Origin: a virus
Virus record (IMG/VR): IMGVR_UViG_3300020469_000020
Location: 41,192 to 105,191 of that record
Direction: 5' to 3' (one strand)
Length of the DNA stretch: 64,000 bases
The notes under the pieces were generated by a model, which had not been told where the DNA came from, made no database searches, and saw nothing but the letters and a program-made list of their open reading frames with translations. Shown here piece by piece: positions 18,878 to 29,220 of the stretch (position 1 is its first letter; each line of letters opens with the position of its first letter). The position numbers and the translations under genes are program-made.

Positions 18878-21800
18878 ATGCCTGAAACCGTTTCACGAAT
18901 ACTAATTAAAAGCTCAACCTCCAAACCAACTCCTAATACCGGTACTTTACAAAGAGCAGAATTAGCTTATTCATATTCTTCTGATAAATTATTCATAGGT
19001 GATGAATTAGGTCAAGAACCTCTTTTAATTGGTGGAAAGACATTTTTAAGTTTATTTGATAATGTATTAGATGATAATGGAACGGCAAAAGCTGGTCAAG
19101 TATTTGCTGGTAATGTTATTATAGCAGGCGCAAATAATACAATTGATGATTTAAATATTGAAAACTTAAAAGTAAATGGTGTACCATTAGCTACTGCTAA
19201 TATTACAGAAGTTATCACAAGCAACACTCTTCCAAATGTAGCCGATACAAAATTAGTTTCAGCTAAAGCAGTAAAAGACTATATTGGAAATGAGTGGTTA
19301 GATTATCTAGAAACAATTTCAGCAAACACAGTATCTTCTGGACAATTATTAATTGTAGGTGCAAATAATAAATTTGAAAATAAAAGCACCACCGGAGCCA
19401 TAAAATTTTTTGCAAATGGTCATTCCGAGATTAATAATAGTTATATAGAAAATTCTATGCTAAAGAATTTTTCTATTCGTTTAGGATCTCAAGATATAAA
19501 ACTTGGTGATGCGACTCTAGTAAATTTAAATTTGGATACATCCGGAGTATTAAATGTTAATCGTGGAGGTACAGATAGATATGACATAGAAAAAGATTAT
19601 GTGATGTTAGGAAATGGTACTAATTCAGTATCTACAACAAGTGATTTCGTTTTTAATATTGATACCGCTAATAACAATCTACTTTATGCAAACGCAAATG
19701 CACATATAACTAAAAGTGCAACAGTTGGTGAAACTCTTCAAGTGGCAAATGGATTATTTACATCCAATACTAATTTAAGATTCAAAGAATTTTTTCAAAT
19801 AATTAACATAGAAAATATAAGTTCATTTGATTCATCAATTGTATCTTACGATCTTATCAGTGAGTATTTCAGCTTTTCTACAGGAACAGTATTAAATGTA
19901 TCTGACGCTGGTCTTGTTAATATAAAATCACCTACATTATTTTTTGGTTCAGAATTAACAACATCCAACAATACAGTTACTACTTTAACAGGAAAATTAT
20001 TTGCAAATAATGATTCTTCTTTTAATGGTAATACATTAACTGTTTCTACAGACACAATTACTACCTTTGATGGACTTGTTACTTTAAACAATAATACATT
20101 TATTAATGGTAACAATCTTAATGTATCTACTAGTACAGTAACAACTGTTGACGGTCTTGTAACTCTAAACAATAACACATTTATTAATGGCAATACTTTA
20201 AATGTTTCAGTTGATACTACATCAACTTTTGAAGGTGTTGTTAATTTAGAAAATAATACTTTTGTCAATGGTAATACTTTAAATGTTTCTGCGAATACTT
20301 TATCTACGTTTGATGGACCAATTGTTCTTAATGGACAAGTTGATATAAATGGTGACGTAGTTTTTAGAGGCAATACTACCTATCTAGGAGAAAACTTCAC
20401 TGTATCAAATAATACTACAGTAGATATAAGTGGTAATGCTTTCTTCAAAGGTGATCAATTAAATGTATCTTCTAATACAATAACAACAGTTGATGGTGAA
20501 TCTGCATTTAACAAAAAAGTAGATATCAATGCTCCACTTACTGTATACGATAATGCAGAAGTAAAAGGAAATTTAGTTGTTGAACAAGACCTTTTTGTAT
20601 ATGGTAACTCAACTCAAATATTAACAGAAACATTAACTGTTGAAGATAATATTATTGTTCTTGCTGCGAATAATACTACAGACGTTGTTGATTTGGGATT
20701 TGCCGGTAGATACAATGAAAGCGGAACTCCTGCTTTTGCGGGGTTGTTTAGGGATGCAACAAATAATAAATTTTTCTTATTTGAAGATTATCCTACAGAA
20801 CCGCCTATAGTATCAATGACAGGTTTTGATAGTGCAACAATGTTAGCTACCTTATTTGCTGACATAGAAGCAAATACTATCATAGCACATAAAGGAACTC
20901 TAGATGATGTAGTTATTACGAATTCTCATTTAAATGATAGTTTTGCAAATAACTTAACAAGTAACAATGCTACTTTAAATACTGGAACAATAGATAGTTT
21001 CACGATAACTAATTCTCATTTGAATGATAGTTTTGCTAATAATTTAACAAGTAATAATGCAACTTTAAATAGTGCCGTTCTTAATAATGCCTCAATACAT
21101 GACTCATTTGCAAATAACATAACTGCAAATAATGTAGACATAAACTTTGGAACTATAAGAAGCGTAAGCATATATAATTCTACCATATATGATTCAAGTA
21201 TAGTAGATGATTCCACTGCAAATAATTTAACAAGCAATAATGCAACACTAAATTCTGTTGTTATTGAAACTGCAACCGCTAACAATATTACAAGTAATAA
21301 TGCTGTCTTAAATACAGCAACCATTTATAATGCAGTTGCAAATAATTTATTGAGTAATAATGCTACTTTATATTTTGCAAAAATATATGATTCTAATTTA
21401 TTTAATGCACATGCCACAACTTTAAGTGTTGATGTCCTTGATGCAGGTTCTATTAGTTTTAGAACTGCTATTGAAAATATAGATGCAAATAATTATATCG
21501 GTAATACAGCAACTATAGATAATATAGATGCAAATAATTACACCGGTAATACAGCAACTATTATAAATGTAGATGCAAATAATTATACTGGTAACACAGC
21601 AACTATAAATGATATAGTTGCAAACAATATTACAACAAATACGTTTACTTCATTAGTTAAAACAGAAGCTACTGAGGAAATAAAGGTATTAGGTGTTTCT
21701 GGTACAAGCGGTAAATTAGTATTAAATTGCTCTAATAATTCTCATGGCCAAACTGTTATTGCACAGCCACATTCAGCTAGTGTAACAAATATATTAACAT

Positions 21801-22903
21801 TACCGGCCGGTGCTGATCAAGAACTTGTTGGTACTGTTGCACAACAAACATTAACAAGTAAAACACTTGATGCTCCGAGTGTTAACAATCTATTAACACT
21901 TAGAGGAGATGGTTCTTCTGTTACAGGTCAACTTAAATTAAATTGTCATGATAATTCTCATGGACAGACTATTATTGCACAGCCGCATTCAGCTAGTGTA
22001 ACAAATATATTAACATTACCTCCTGGTGGTAATCAAGAGATAGTAGGAACTACTGCTACACAAACACTTGTTAGTAAAACACTTGATGCACCAAGTATAG
22101 AAAATTTATTAACTCTAAGAGGTGATGGTTCTTCTGTTACTGGTCAACTTAAATTAAATTGTCATGATAATTCTCATGGTCAAACCATAATAGCTCAACC
22201 ACATTCAGCTAGTGTAACAAATATATTAACACTACCAGCTGGCGCCGATCAAGAATTTGTCGGAACTCTTGCACAACAGACATTAACAAGTAAAACATTA
22301 ACATCTCCTCAAATTAATAATGCAACAATTGCTAATGCAGCAATAACTTCTGGTACAATGACTAGTACTGCATTAGATTCTGTTACTATTATAGATTCCA
22401 GTGCAAATAATTTAACAAGTAACAATACTACACTTGGTGGAACAACTACCTTTAATGGTAACACAACTATTACTGAAAATCTAACAGTTAATAAAGATTT
22501 AACGGTAGATGGTAATTTATTCTTAACGGGCAATACTGTTACACTAGATGCACAGACATTGACTGTGGAAGATAATATAATTCTACTTAGTTCAAATAAT
22601 GCTGCTGATGTTACAGATACAGGATTTGCAGGTAAATATAATAATGGAAGTTCCGATTTATATGCTGGTATCTTTAGAGATGCTACTGATGGGGTCTTTT
22701 ATATATTCAAAGACTACACCTCAGAGCCAGGAACAACAATGACAGGATTTAATACTGCTACAATGAGAGCCACTCTTGCTGGCGATTTTGAAGCTAACAA
22801 TATTGTAGTTGATTCCGGTAGTTTTGAAAATGTAACTTCAAATAATGCCACAATAACTAATAGCACAATCAGTGATACAGTCATTGATTGTGGAACATTC
22901 TAA
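18878..22903 (+). CDS. Long repeat-rich virion fibre / structural protein
   Basis: 1341 aa, rich in Asn/Thr beta repeats; N-terminal ELAYSYSSDKLFIG domain; GATAAATA at 18803-18810. Confidence 0.8.
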   Translation: MPETVSRILIKSSTSKPTPNTGTLQRAELAYSYSSDKLFIGDELGQEPLLIGGKTFLSLFDNVLDDNGTAKAGQVFAGNVIIAGANNTIDDLNIENLKVNGVPLATANITEVITSNTLPNVADTKLVSAKAVKDYIGNEWLDYLETISANTVSSGQLLIVGANNKFENKSTTGAIKFFANGHSEINNSYIENSMLKNFSIRLGSQDIKLGDATLVNLNLDTSGVLNVNRGGTDRYDIEKDYVMLGNGTNSVSTTSDFVFNIDTANNNLLYANANAHITKSATVGETLQVANGLFTSNTNLRFKEFFQIINIENISSFDSSIVSYDLISEYFSFSTGTVLNVSDAGLVNIKSPTLFFGSELTTSNNTVTTLTGKLFANNDSSFNGNTLTVSTDTITTFDGLVTLNNNTFINGNNLNVSTSTVTTVDGLVTLNNNTFINGNTLNVSVDTTSTFEGVVNLENNTFVNGNTLNVSANTLSTFDGPIVLNGQVDINGDVVFRGNTTYLGENFTVSNNTTVDISGNAFFKGDQLNVSSNTITTVDGESAFNKKVDINAPLTVYDNAEVKGNLVVEQDLFVYGNSTQILTETLTVEDNIIVLAANNTTDVVDLGFAGRYNESGTPAFAGLFRDATNNKFFLFEDYPTEPPIVSMTGFDSATMLATLFADIEANTIIAHKGTLDDVVITNSHLNDSFANNLTSNNATLNTGTIDSFTITNSHLNDSFANNLTSNNATLNSAVLNNASIHDSFANNITANNVDINFGTIRSVSIYNSTIYDSSIVDDSTANNLTSNNATLNSVVIETATANNITSNNAVLNTATIYNAVANNLLSNNATLYFAKIYDSNLFNAHATTLSVDVLDAGSISFRTAIENIDANNYIGNTATIDNIDANNYTGNTATIINVDANNYTGNTATINDIVANNITTNTFTSLVKTEATEEIKVLGVSGTSGKLVLNCSNNSHGQTVIAQPHSASVTNILTLPAGADQELVGTVAQQTLTSKTLDAPSVNNLLTLRGDGSSVTGQLKLNCHDNSHGQTIIAQPHSASVTNILTLPPGGNQEIVGTTATQTLVSKTLDAPSIENLLTLRGDGSSVTGQLKLNCHDNSHGQTIIAQPHSASVTNILTLPAGADQEFVGTLAQQTLTSKTLTSPQINNATIANAAITSGTMTSTALDSVTIIDSSANNLTSNNTTLGGTTTFNGNTTITENLTVNKDLTVDGNLFLTGNTVTLDAQTLTVEDNIILLSSNNAADVTDTGFAGKYNNGSSDLYAGIFRDATDGVFYIFKDYTSEPGTTMTGFNTATMRATLAGDFEANNIVVDSGSFENVTSNNATITNSTISDTVIDCGTF
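21715..22300 (+). repeat. About 2.7 copies of a 216-bp (72-aa) tandem repeat in the fibre gene
   Basis: TAATTCTCATGG recurs at 21736, 21952 and 22168 (spacing 216); peptide NSHGQTIIAQPHSASVTNILTLP. Confidence 0.9.
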
Positions 22904-22910
22904 AATACAT

Positions 22911-23450
22911 ATGTCAAATATAGTACAAGAAATTTTAGAAAACGCCGCAATGACGGCTAATATGACAGTTTTATATAATGTATTTGTTGGTAAGCCAACT
23001 GAAACTGCTACCGTTGAAAATATAAATCAAGCAGTGAGCATGTTATCCGTTAACAATAAATTTACTAAAGAAGATATCAAAGATGATATTATGAACGCTC
23101 AAGCAATAGCAATGGTAGTTAATAAACAAAATAAAAAAACTATTGGATTTGGAATGATAAGAAAACCAAATCTAGAAAAGAAAATTCAAATATTTAAAGA
23201 TGCTGATAATGAAGAACTATCTTCAGAATATATATTTGAATTAGATAATATTGTTGTTGATAGAGAACATAGAGGAAAAGGAGTTGGTGAATATATAATA
23301 CAAAGATTAATAGGATTGAGAACTGGTAGAGGAACTACAATTTACTGTAGTACAAATAGTCAAGATATTAGTAGAGTTTTAAAGGTTAAGTGCAGATTTG
23401 AAAATCTAAAAGATAATGATGAACAACCTTTCTTATTGGGAGTTATGTGA
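22911..23450 (+). CDS. GNAT-family acetyltransferase
   Basis: FELDNIVVDREHRGKGVGEYII acetyl-CoA motif A; ATG at 22911 preferred over the overlapping GTG. Confidence 0.8.
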   Translation: MSNIVQEILENAAMTANMTVLYNVFVGKPTETATVENINQAVSMLSVNNKFTKEDIKDDIMNAQAIAMVVNKQNKKTIGFGMIRKPNLEKKIQIFKDADNEELSSEYIFELDNIVVDREHRGKGVGEYIIQRLIGLRTGRGTTIYCSTNSQDISRVLKVKCRFENLKDNDEQPFLLGVM

Positions 23451-24076
23451 GAAATATAAATCAACAAACTGATGATATATTACAAAGTGATAGTCAAGTA
23501 AAAAAGAATTTAATAGATACAAAAAATTGGTTTCGTGAAAAAATAAATCAGGTACTTTATCCTACAAATCGTATTGTTGGATTACGTGAAAGACCTACTA
23601 CTTTTTATAATGATAATTTAAATAGAAGAATTTATAGAGGTTCTGACATTAGACCAGGTTCTTTATATTGCTGGTTCTATGACCCAAAGTATAAAAGAAC
23701 ATTACCTTATTATGATGCGTTTCCAGTTGCGTTTATTATGAATATGAAAGAAAAAGGATTTCTTGGCATAAATATGCATTACTTACCACTACGTTCTAGG
23801 TCTATTTTACTTACTAGATTGTTTGATAATATGCTAAAAAAAACAACATATTCAACATATATGGATCTACAATACTCAACATTAAATGAAGCATCAAGGT
23901 ATCGTGAATTTAAACCATGTTTGAAAAGATATTTATTAAATAAGATTCGTGGACAAATGATAGAGATACCTCCAGATGAGTGGATACGTACAATATTCTT
24001 ACCACTAGAAAGTTTCCAGAAAAGAAGCAGTTCTTTTGTATGGAGAGATTCAGCAAGAAAGGCAAGAGGTTTATGA
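23447..24076 (+). CDS. gp2: DNA end protector protein gp2
   Basis: YDPKYKRTLPYYDAFP, FLGINMHYLP, FKPCLKRYL motifs. Confidence 0.92.
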   Translation: MRNINQQTDDILQSDSQVKKNLIDTKNWFREKINQVLYPTNRIVGLRERPTTFYNDNLNRRIYRGSDIRPGSLYCWFYDPKYKRTLPYYDAFPVAFIMNMKEKGFLGINMHYLPLRSRSILLTRLFDNMLKKTTYSTYMDLQYSTLNEASRYREFKPCLKRYLLNKIRGQMIEIPPDEWIRTIFLPLESFQKRSSSFVWRDSARKARGL

Positions 24077-24813
24077 GCACTCCCTTTTCAAATCAAAAAA
24101 GATTTAATGTTTCGGACATTGGTAAAAAAATAACCGGAGTTAATTATCTATCTAAGTTTCATTTTGAAATAGATTTAAATAAAGGTGATATTGTTGGTGA
24201 TAATTGGAGAGCCACTCTTGATTTAGCTGAAGGAAATGATTTAGAAAATAAATTAAAAGATATATTCATATATTCAGAAAATATTACTATACCATCAAGA
24301 GGATTAAATACAGAAGCATATGTTTTTTCCAACGGCTTTCGTTTTGAGGTACCGACAGGAACTAACTATGGAGATGGAAATATTAGTGTAAACATAAGAG
24401 TAGATGAGAAATATGAACTATATAATTTTTTTATTAATTGGATGGATCTAATACATTCTAAAGAAACAGGATTTTTTGCTTTTCAAAATACATATGTAAC
24501 AGATATTCGTATAAGACAAATACACGATTCACAGCCAGCATCACGGTACAGTAAATTTATAGAAAATGTCAGCTTTAACAGTGATTCAAAGAAAGGTTTT
24601 GTATATGGAGTAGATTTAATTAATTGTTATCCAAAGTCAGTAGGAGCAATACAATTTAGACATGACGCTAAAGATTTTGTTAAGTTTAATGTAGATTTTA
24701 GTTATGAGAAAATAAATTATATTATGCCTAAGTTAAATGCTTTATCTATAGAGCAGGCTGCGGCTGCAGACTTAGACGCACAAGAATTATTTCTGGCAGC
24801 TGGAATTATATAG
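24073..24813 (+). CDS. Baseplate tail-tube initiator (gp19 paralog, gp54-like)
   Basis: Tube-fold pattern ITIPSR...FFINWMDLI...LINCYPKSVG...VDFSY; lies between gp2 and gp26. Confidence 0.7.
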   Translation: MSTPFSNQKRFNVSDIGKKITGVNYLSKFHFEIDLNKGDIVGDNWRATLDLAEGNDLENKLKDIFIYSENITIPSRGLNTEAYVFSNGFRFEVPTGTNYGDGNISVNIRVDEKYELYNFFINWMDLIHSKETGFFAFQNTYVTDIRIRQIHDSQPASRYSKFIENVSFNSDSKKGFVYGVDLINCYPKSVGAIQFRHDAKDFVKFNVDFSYEKINYIMPKLNALSIEQAAAADLDAQELFLAAGII

Positions 24814-24841
24814 ATAATTTTTAAATACATGAGAGGATATA

Positions 24842-25564
24842 ATGATTTTACCAAAGTTGAATAGAATTACCTATTCATTGAGATTGCCTTCAAATGATAA
24901 AGAAATAGTTTTTAGACCATTTACAGTTGAAGAAGAAAAAATATTATTGACCGCACAAGAATCAACTGAAAGTGCGGATATTCTTCGTGCAATGAGACAG
25001 ATTATTAATAATTGTGTGCAGACCGAAATCAATGTTATGAAGCTTCCGACTTTTGATATTGAATATTTCTTTTTAAATATACGTGCAAAGTCAACAGGTG
25101 AAGAAATAGAGTTACTATTAAAACATCCAATGGAAACTAATAGTAAAGGTGAACAGTGTGAATATAAAGAAAAAGCTAAAATTAGTATAGAAGATATAAA
25201 GGTTAGCAAGCCAGAAAATACAAATAATAAATTTCAGCTTGATGAAAATGTTGGTGTGTTCATGAGATATCCAACAATTGAATCAGTTGCTGTTCAAGCA
25301 GATGATGATTTTGATGCTTTTATAAAACTAATTGCTAACTGTATAGAAACAATTTATGATAAAGAAGGTACTTATAATCCAGAAGATGTTTCTAATGAAG
25401 AGTTAATCAAGTTTGTTTATAGCATGAATCAAAATCAAATAGGTCAAATACAAGAATTTTTTGATAACATGCCAGTTTTAACTCACACTGTTAATTACAT
25501 ATGTTCACAGTGTGGATGTAAAGAGAAAGTTACAATAGAAGGATTCCAGAATTTTTTTTTATAG
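24842..25564 (+). CDS. gp26: Baseplate hub assembly protein gp26-like
   Basis: FRPFTVEEEKILL, LPTFDIEYFFLNIRAKSTGE, MRYPT, C-terminal CxxC and EGFQNFF. Confidence 0.9.
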   Translation: MILPKLNRITYSLRLPSNDKEIVFRPFTVEEEKILLTAQESTESADILRAMRQIINNCVQTEINVMKLPTFDIEYFFLNIRAKSTGEEIELLLKHPMETNSKGEQCEYKEKAKISIEDIKVSKPENTNNKFQLDENVGVFMRYPTIESVAVQADDDFDAFIKLIANCIETIYDKEGTYNPEDVSNEELIKFVYSMNQNQIGQIQEFFDNMPVLTHTVNYICSQCGCKEKVTIEGFQNFFL

Positions 25565-25566
25565 CT

Positions 25567-25746
25567 ATGAGTAATGATTCTTTGATTAATCATTATACTT
25601 TGAATTTTGAATTAATGTATCATCATAATTTTTCAATAACGGAACTAAATAATATGTTTCCTTATGAAAGAGCGGTGTACCTTGAGTTATTAAACAATTA
25701 CCTTGAGAAAAAACAACTAGAAGAACAACAAAGAAAAAATGCCTAG
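25567..25746 (+). CDS. gp51: Baseplate hub assembly catalyst gp51-like, 59 aa (missing from the ORF track)
   Basis: MSNDSLINHYTLNFELMYHHNFSITELNNMFPYERAVYLELLNNYLEKKQLEEQQRKNA*, typical of gp51. Confidence 0.85.
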   Translation: MSNDSLINHYTLNFELMYHHNFSITELNNMFPYERAVYLELLNNYLEKKQLEEQQRKNA

Positions 25747-28342
25747 CACTACACTACCAGTATTAAACGGGGGAATAGTTGAACTCAACACTACAGAACT
25801 TACTAAGAGTATTAAAGAATTAGCAGGTCAAGTAAAGGAGTTAGTTGAGGATAATAAAAAATCTTCAGAACAAGACGAAAAACAAACTCAGTCATTAGAA
25901 GCATTATCTAAAAACTTTTCTTCTAATAGAGGAGTATCTACTAGTCAAAGAAACGCAATCAACAATGCTTCCAATCCTACAAATAGAGCACAATCTTTAT
26001 TGAATCTTAGTGCTTCTGGTATCATGAGAGCAACTGCTGGTGATTTAAGGGAACGTGCCATAGACAGATTTCAAAATAATTCTCTTGTAAAATTTGGAAT
26101 GAATGCTGCTAATGCATATCGTGGATTTACTGGAAGATCGCCTGCTGGTTCAAGAAGAGAATTAACTCAATCTCAGCTTGAAGATAAAAGAGAGAATACA
26201 GAAAGACAGGAGACAACTAATGATTTGTTAAAAAAGATTTTAGAGGCTTTATCAGGCAAAGGAAGTGGAGTTTTAGATCCAAAAAAAGAAGGTGGTATAA
26301 TTTCTAGTATACTTGGTACAATTGGCTCTGCTCTTTTAATACCAAAATTACTAAAGGCGTTAGGTTTAGCAGCAATTGCTGGTTTAGGTGCATACCTTGT
26401 TGATAATGCACCAGAATTACGTTCAGTTATTAAATCCATTAAAAGTTTTATTGATATTTTTAAAACTCTTGAAATGCCAAAGGGGTTTGCCGGTTTAAAA
26501 ACTAGTTTTAAAAATATTAGCACTTGGATTAGTGAAACTACAGATAAATTATCTAAATTAAAGTTAACAAACATAACAAATGCATTTACTACAAATTTAA
26601 CAAAACTTACTGATTTTTTAAAATCTATTAAAACAAACATTTTTGAAAAATTTCCTAAAATAGATAAAATAGTTACCCCTTCATTCACGGATAAATTAAG
26701 AGCAGTTACTACATTTTTTAAAAATATATCAAATTTTATAAAAATAGATGATATGCCTTCTCCTAAAATTATGAGTGGGATTGGAACTTTAATTAAAGAT
26801 TTTGGTATCAGATTTAATTCAGTATTTGATTCTGTTAAAACTGCGGTTTCTAATTTAAAAAATTTAATTCCTAATTTACCCAAAAGTTTACTACCATCAC
26901 CTTCTTCTATTCCACCTTCAGTAATGGGTCAAGTAAAGTCGAGTGATATATTGTCTAAATCGGCAAAAACTATTGTAGATAGTGGTCCTAAATCAATATT
27001 GTCAAGGATTGGAAAGAGTGTAGGTTCTACAGGTTTAAGTGTTGCTAATAAAGGTTTGGGTATTGTTGCTGCCATCGATGTGGCTAGAAATTACATAGAG
27101 GATGATAAAGTAAGAGATAATTTAATGTTAGGTCCTGAAGAAAAACTAACAAAAGGACAAAGAATCCGATCTTCTGCCCAGCAGACTCTTGTAAATTTTG
27201 GTTTTCGTGGTGTATTATCACTAATGGGTTTAACGGATATTAACGCAAATAAACTTTTAACAGCAAAAATGGCATACGGTGGTAAATACGGGACTTGGCT
27301 TGGAGATCTTATGCTATTACGGGATATCCGTTTGGGTAACATAGATTTTTCAAATAAAAAAACAGACACTTCTAAACCAACTGAAGATAATGTTTTATCT
27401 TTGGCGGAAAGGATAATAAAAACAGAAGAAGGTTTTGAACCTGATCCTTATCCAGATGGGAACGGTTATGCTGTAGGATATGGATTTAATTTTGGTAAAG
27501 AAAATGTTCTTCCTTTAGACAGTACAAAAGGATTTAAATCAACAAATGAAAGAACAAAGGGTATGAGATTTGATGAAAAATATTTTTATAGAGGTGATGA
27601 GGGTAAATCTAGAGCATTAACTAAATTACGAAAAATAATAAAAGAAAGATATGATAGACTAAGTGCTAATAGTGTTTTTGCCAATTTAGCTGGTGAAGGT
27701 TCTGCAGTTAGAAAGGCTGTTATGTTATCACTAGCGTATCAAGTAGGTACGGATGGTGTGCTTAATAAAACAGATGGTTATGTAAAAATGCTTGAAGCCA
27801 TATCAAAAGGAGACTTTGATGCTGCTGGATATGAAATCATAAATTCTGATACATATGAGCAATCACCAGAAAGACAAGAAAAAGCCAGTAAAATGATGAA
27901 AAGTGGAATATTATTGAAAAAGGAATATCCAGAATCAGCAAGTGCTGGTAACATAGCATTTTCCAGACAAAGATTAATTGTTGGAGATTATACAGGTGTT
28001 AAACAAAATCCAGAATTGACTTTAGCATTAAGTGATCTAAGAGATAATGCAGTAGCTACTGTTCAAAAAATGAATGATAAAAATAAAAAAAATGCGATTA
28101 GAGATATAGAAATACAAAAAATAGCTTATGAAAAATCAGTGGAATTGGCAGTTAAAAAATCTCTAGATTCTGAAATGAGAATTAGAACTGCCGAGGGGAG
28201 GTCAAATGGAGGAATCAACGGTGCTACAATTCCGTTTATTAATAATGTAGTTGATAATACTCAAATCTCAAGTATAAATCAATCAGTCTTATTAAAGGAT
28301 GGTCCTATTAATAAAAATAATTCTTACTTAATGCTCAGTTAA
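25739..28342 (+). CDS. Tape-measure / baseplate hub-like protein with a C-terminal T4-lysozyme-like domain
   Basis: Long helical protein after gp26/gp51; IKTEEGFEPDPYPD..YAVGYG and RKAVMLSLAYQVG...DFDAAGYEIINS motifs. Confidence 0.7.
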   Translation: MPSTTLPVLNGGIVELNTTELTKSIKELAGQVKELVEDNKKSSEQDEKQTQSLEALSKNFSSNRGVSTSQRNAINNASNPTNRAQSLLNLSASGIMRATAGDLRERAIDRFQNNSLVKFGMNAANAYRGFTGRSPAGSRRELTQSQLEDKRENTERQETTNDLLKKILEALSGKGSGVLDPKKEGGIISSILGTIGSALLIPKLLKALGLAAIAGLGAYLVDNAPELRSVIKSIKSFIDIFKTLEMPKGFAGLKTSFKNISTWISETTDKLSKLKLTNITNAFTTNLTKLTDFLKSIKTNIFEKFPKIDKIVTPSFTDKLRAVTTFFKNISNFIKIDDMPSPKIMSGIGTLIKDFGIRFNSVFDSVKTAVSNLKNLIPNLPKSLLPSPSSIPPSVMGQVKSSDILSKSAKTIVDSGPKSILSRIGKSVGSTGLSVANKGLGIVAAIDVARNYIEDDKVRDNLMLGPEEKLTKGQRIRSSAQQTLVNFGFRGVLSLMGLTDINANKLLTAKMAYGGKYGTWLGDLMLLRDIRLGNIDFSNKKTDTSKPTEDNVLSLAERIIKTEEGFEPDPYPDGNGYAVGYGFNFGKENVLPLDSTKGFKSTNERTKGMRFDEKYFYRGDEGKSRALTKLRKIIKERYDRLSANSVFANLAGEGSAVRKAVMLSLAYQVGTDGVLNKTDGYVKMLEAISKGDFDAAGYEIINSDTYEQSPERQEKASKMMKSGILLKKEYPESASAGNIAFSRQRLIVGDYTGVKQNPELTLALSDLRDNAVATVQKMNDKNKKNAIRDIEIQKIAYEKSVELAVKKSLDSEMRIRTAEGRSNGGINGATIPFINNVVDNTQISSINQSVLLKDGPINKNNSYLMLS

Positions 28343-28687
28343 AACATTATCTTCAGTATCTACTATTATTACTTTTCTTCTACGTGCTTCGGTTTCAGTA
28401 AAGCCAGCACGTTCACTCCCATTCTTAACTGACTTATACATTTTATCTACAGTTTTTTTATTTCTTGGTCTGTAAATAACTTTACCGTCTTTCAATGTAT
28501 ATTTTGTCGCAACAAGTAAATTATAAAATTCATTCATTGTCAGTTTGCGTGACTTGGTTGGTGCTGATACAGTAGAAGGTTTTGAAATAGATTTCTTTTT
28601 GCTTTTAGCTTTTAGCTTTTTCTCTTCTACTGCTTCCCAAGTTACAATAATTTCAAAGTCAGTGTCTGTAAGATGATTAATAATCAT
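28328..28687 (-). CDS. Hypothetical protein
   Basis: 119-aa ORF, last of a translationally coupled run. Confidence 0.6.
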   Translation of the reverse strand: MIINHLTDTDFEIIVTWEAVEEKKLKAKSKKKSISKPSTVSAPTKSRKLTMNEFYNLLVATKYTLKDGKVIYRPRNKKTVDKMYKSVKNGSERAGFTETEARRRKVIIVDTEDNVLTEH

Positions 28688-28863
28688 AGTTCACTTTCTG
28701 GCTGAGAGGCAAAACGGTCTTGTTCATTTTCATATATCCAAGCAAGAGTGTGAGCATCCCACTCTTCCTCAGTAATTTCTGGATATTCTAAAACATTAGA
28801 ATAAATGTTAAAGTCTTCCAATTCTATAGGATTAACATTAGGTTTAGTTTGATGAATACTCAT
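28684..28863 (-). CDS. Small acidic hypothetical protein, 59 aa (missing from the ORF track)
   Basis: MSIHQTKPNVNPIELEDF...; ATGA overlaps with both neighbours. Confidence 0.65.
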   Translation of the reverse strand: MSIHQTKPNVNPIELEDFNIYSNVLEYPEITEEEWDAHTLAWIYENEQDRFASQPESEL

Positions 28864-29183
28864 TTTATTCTCCCAATGAGGTATTGGCGGCGTGTGTCAT
28901 CACTTCCTTCAAAAGCGGCGACTTGTTCTTCAACTTTGTCGGTCAACTTTGAATAGTTACAACCCCAAGCATATGGCTTGATGGCTTCCCCATTCTTGTC
29001 AATGTAGCGAAAGCCTTGATACTGACCTGTTGAAAACAGAATTTGCTCAATGGCAGCACAGATGCCTTGGCGAAATGCTCTACCCTCTGTTCTATCCAAA
29101 TCTACCCCAAAATCAGAGTTGAGCAGGTTCTTGTTCAACTGGTTGACTGTCTCTGCTACTGAAATTGTCTTGCGCTTTGACAT
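28860..29183 (-). CDS. Hypothetical early protein
   Basis: MSKRKTISVAE...; directly downstream of a promoter cassette. Confidence 0.7.
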   Translation of the reverse strand: MSKRKTISVAETVNQLNKNLLNSDFGVDLDRTEGRAFRQGICAAIEQILFSTGQYQGFRYIDKNGEAIKPYAWGCNYSKLTDKVEEQVAAFEGSDDTRRQYLIGRIK

Positions 29184-29220
29184 TGCGATTCTCGCTGAAG
29201 GTTTATGTCTCACTCACTCT

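Noticed and set aside
21715-22300. Fibre repeats as DGR template/variable repeats
   Set aside because: In-frame tandem repeats with differences not restricted to adenines; no reverse transcriptase in the window
19846-27369. Long antisense ORFs (e.g. 19846-20373, 26173-26883)
   Set aside because: Shadows of biased codon usage in real plus-strand genes; no RBS or recognisable motifs
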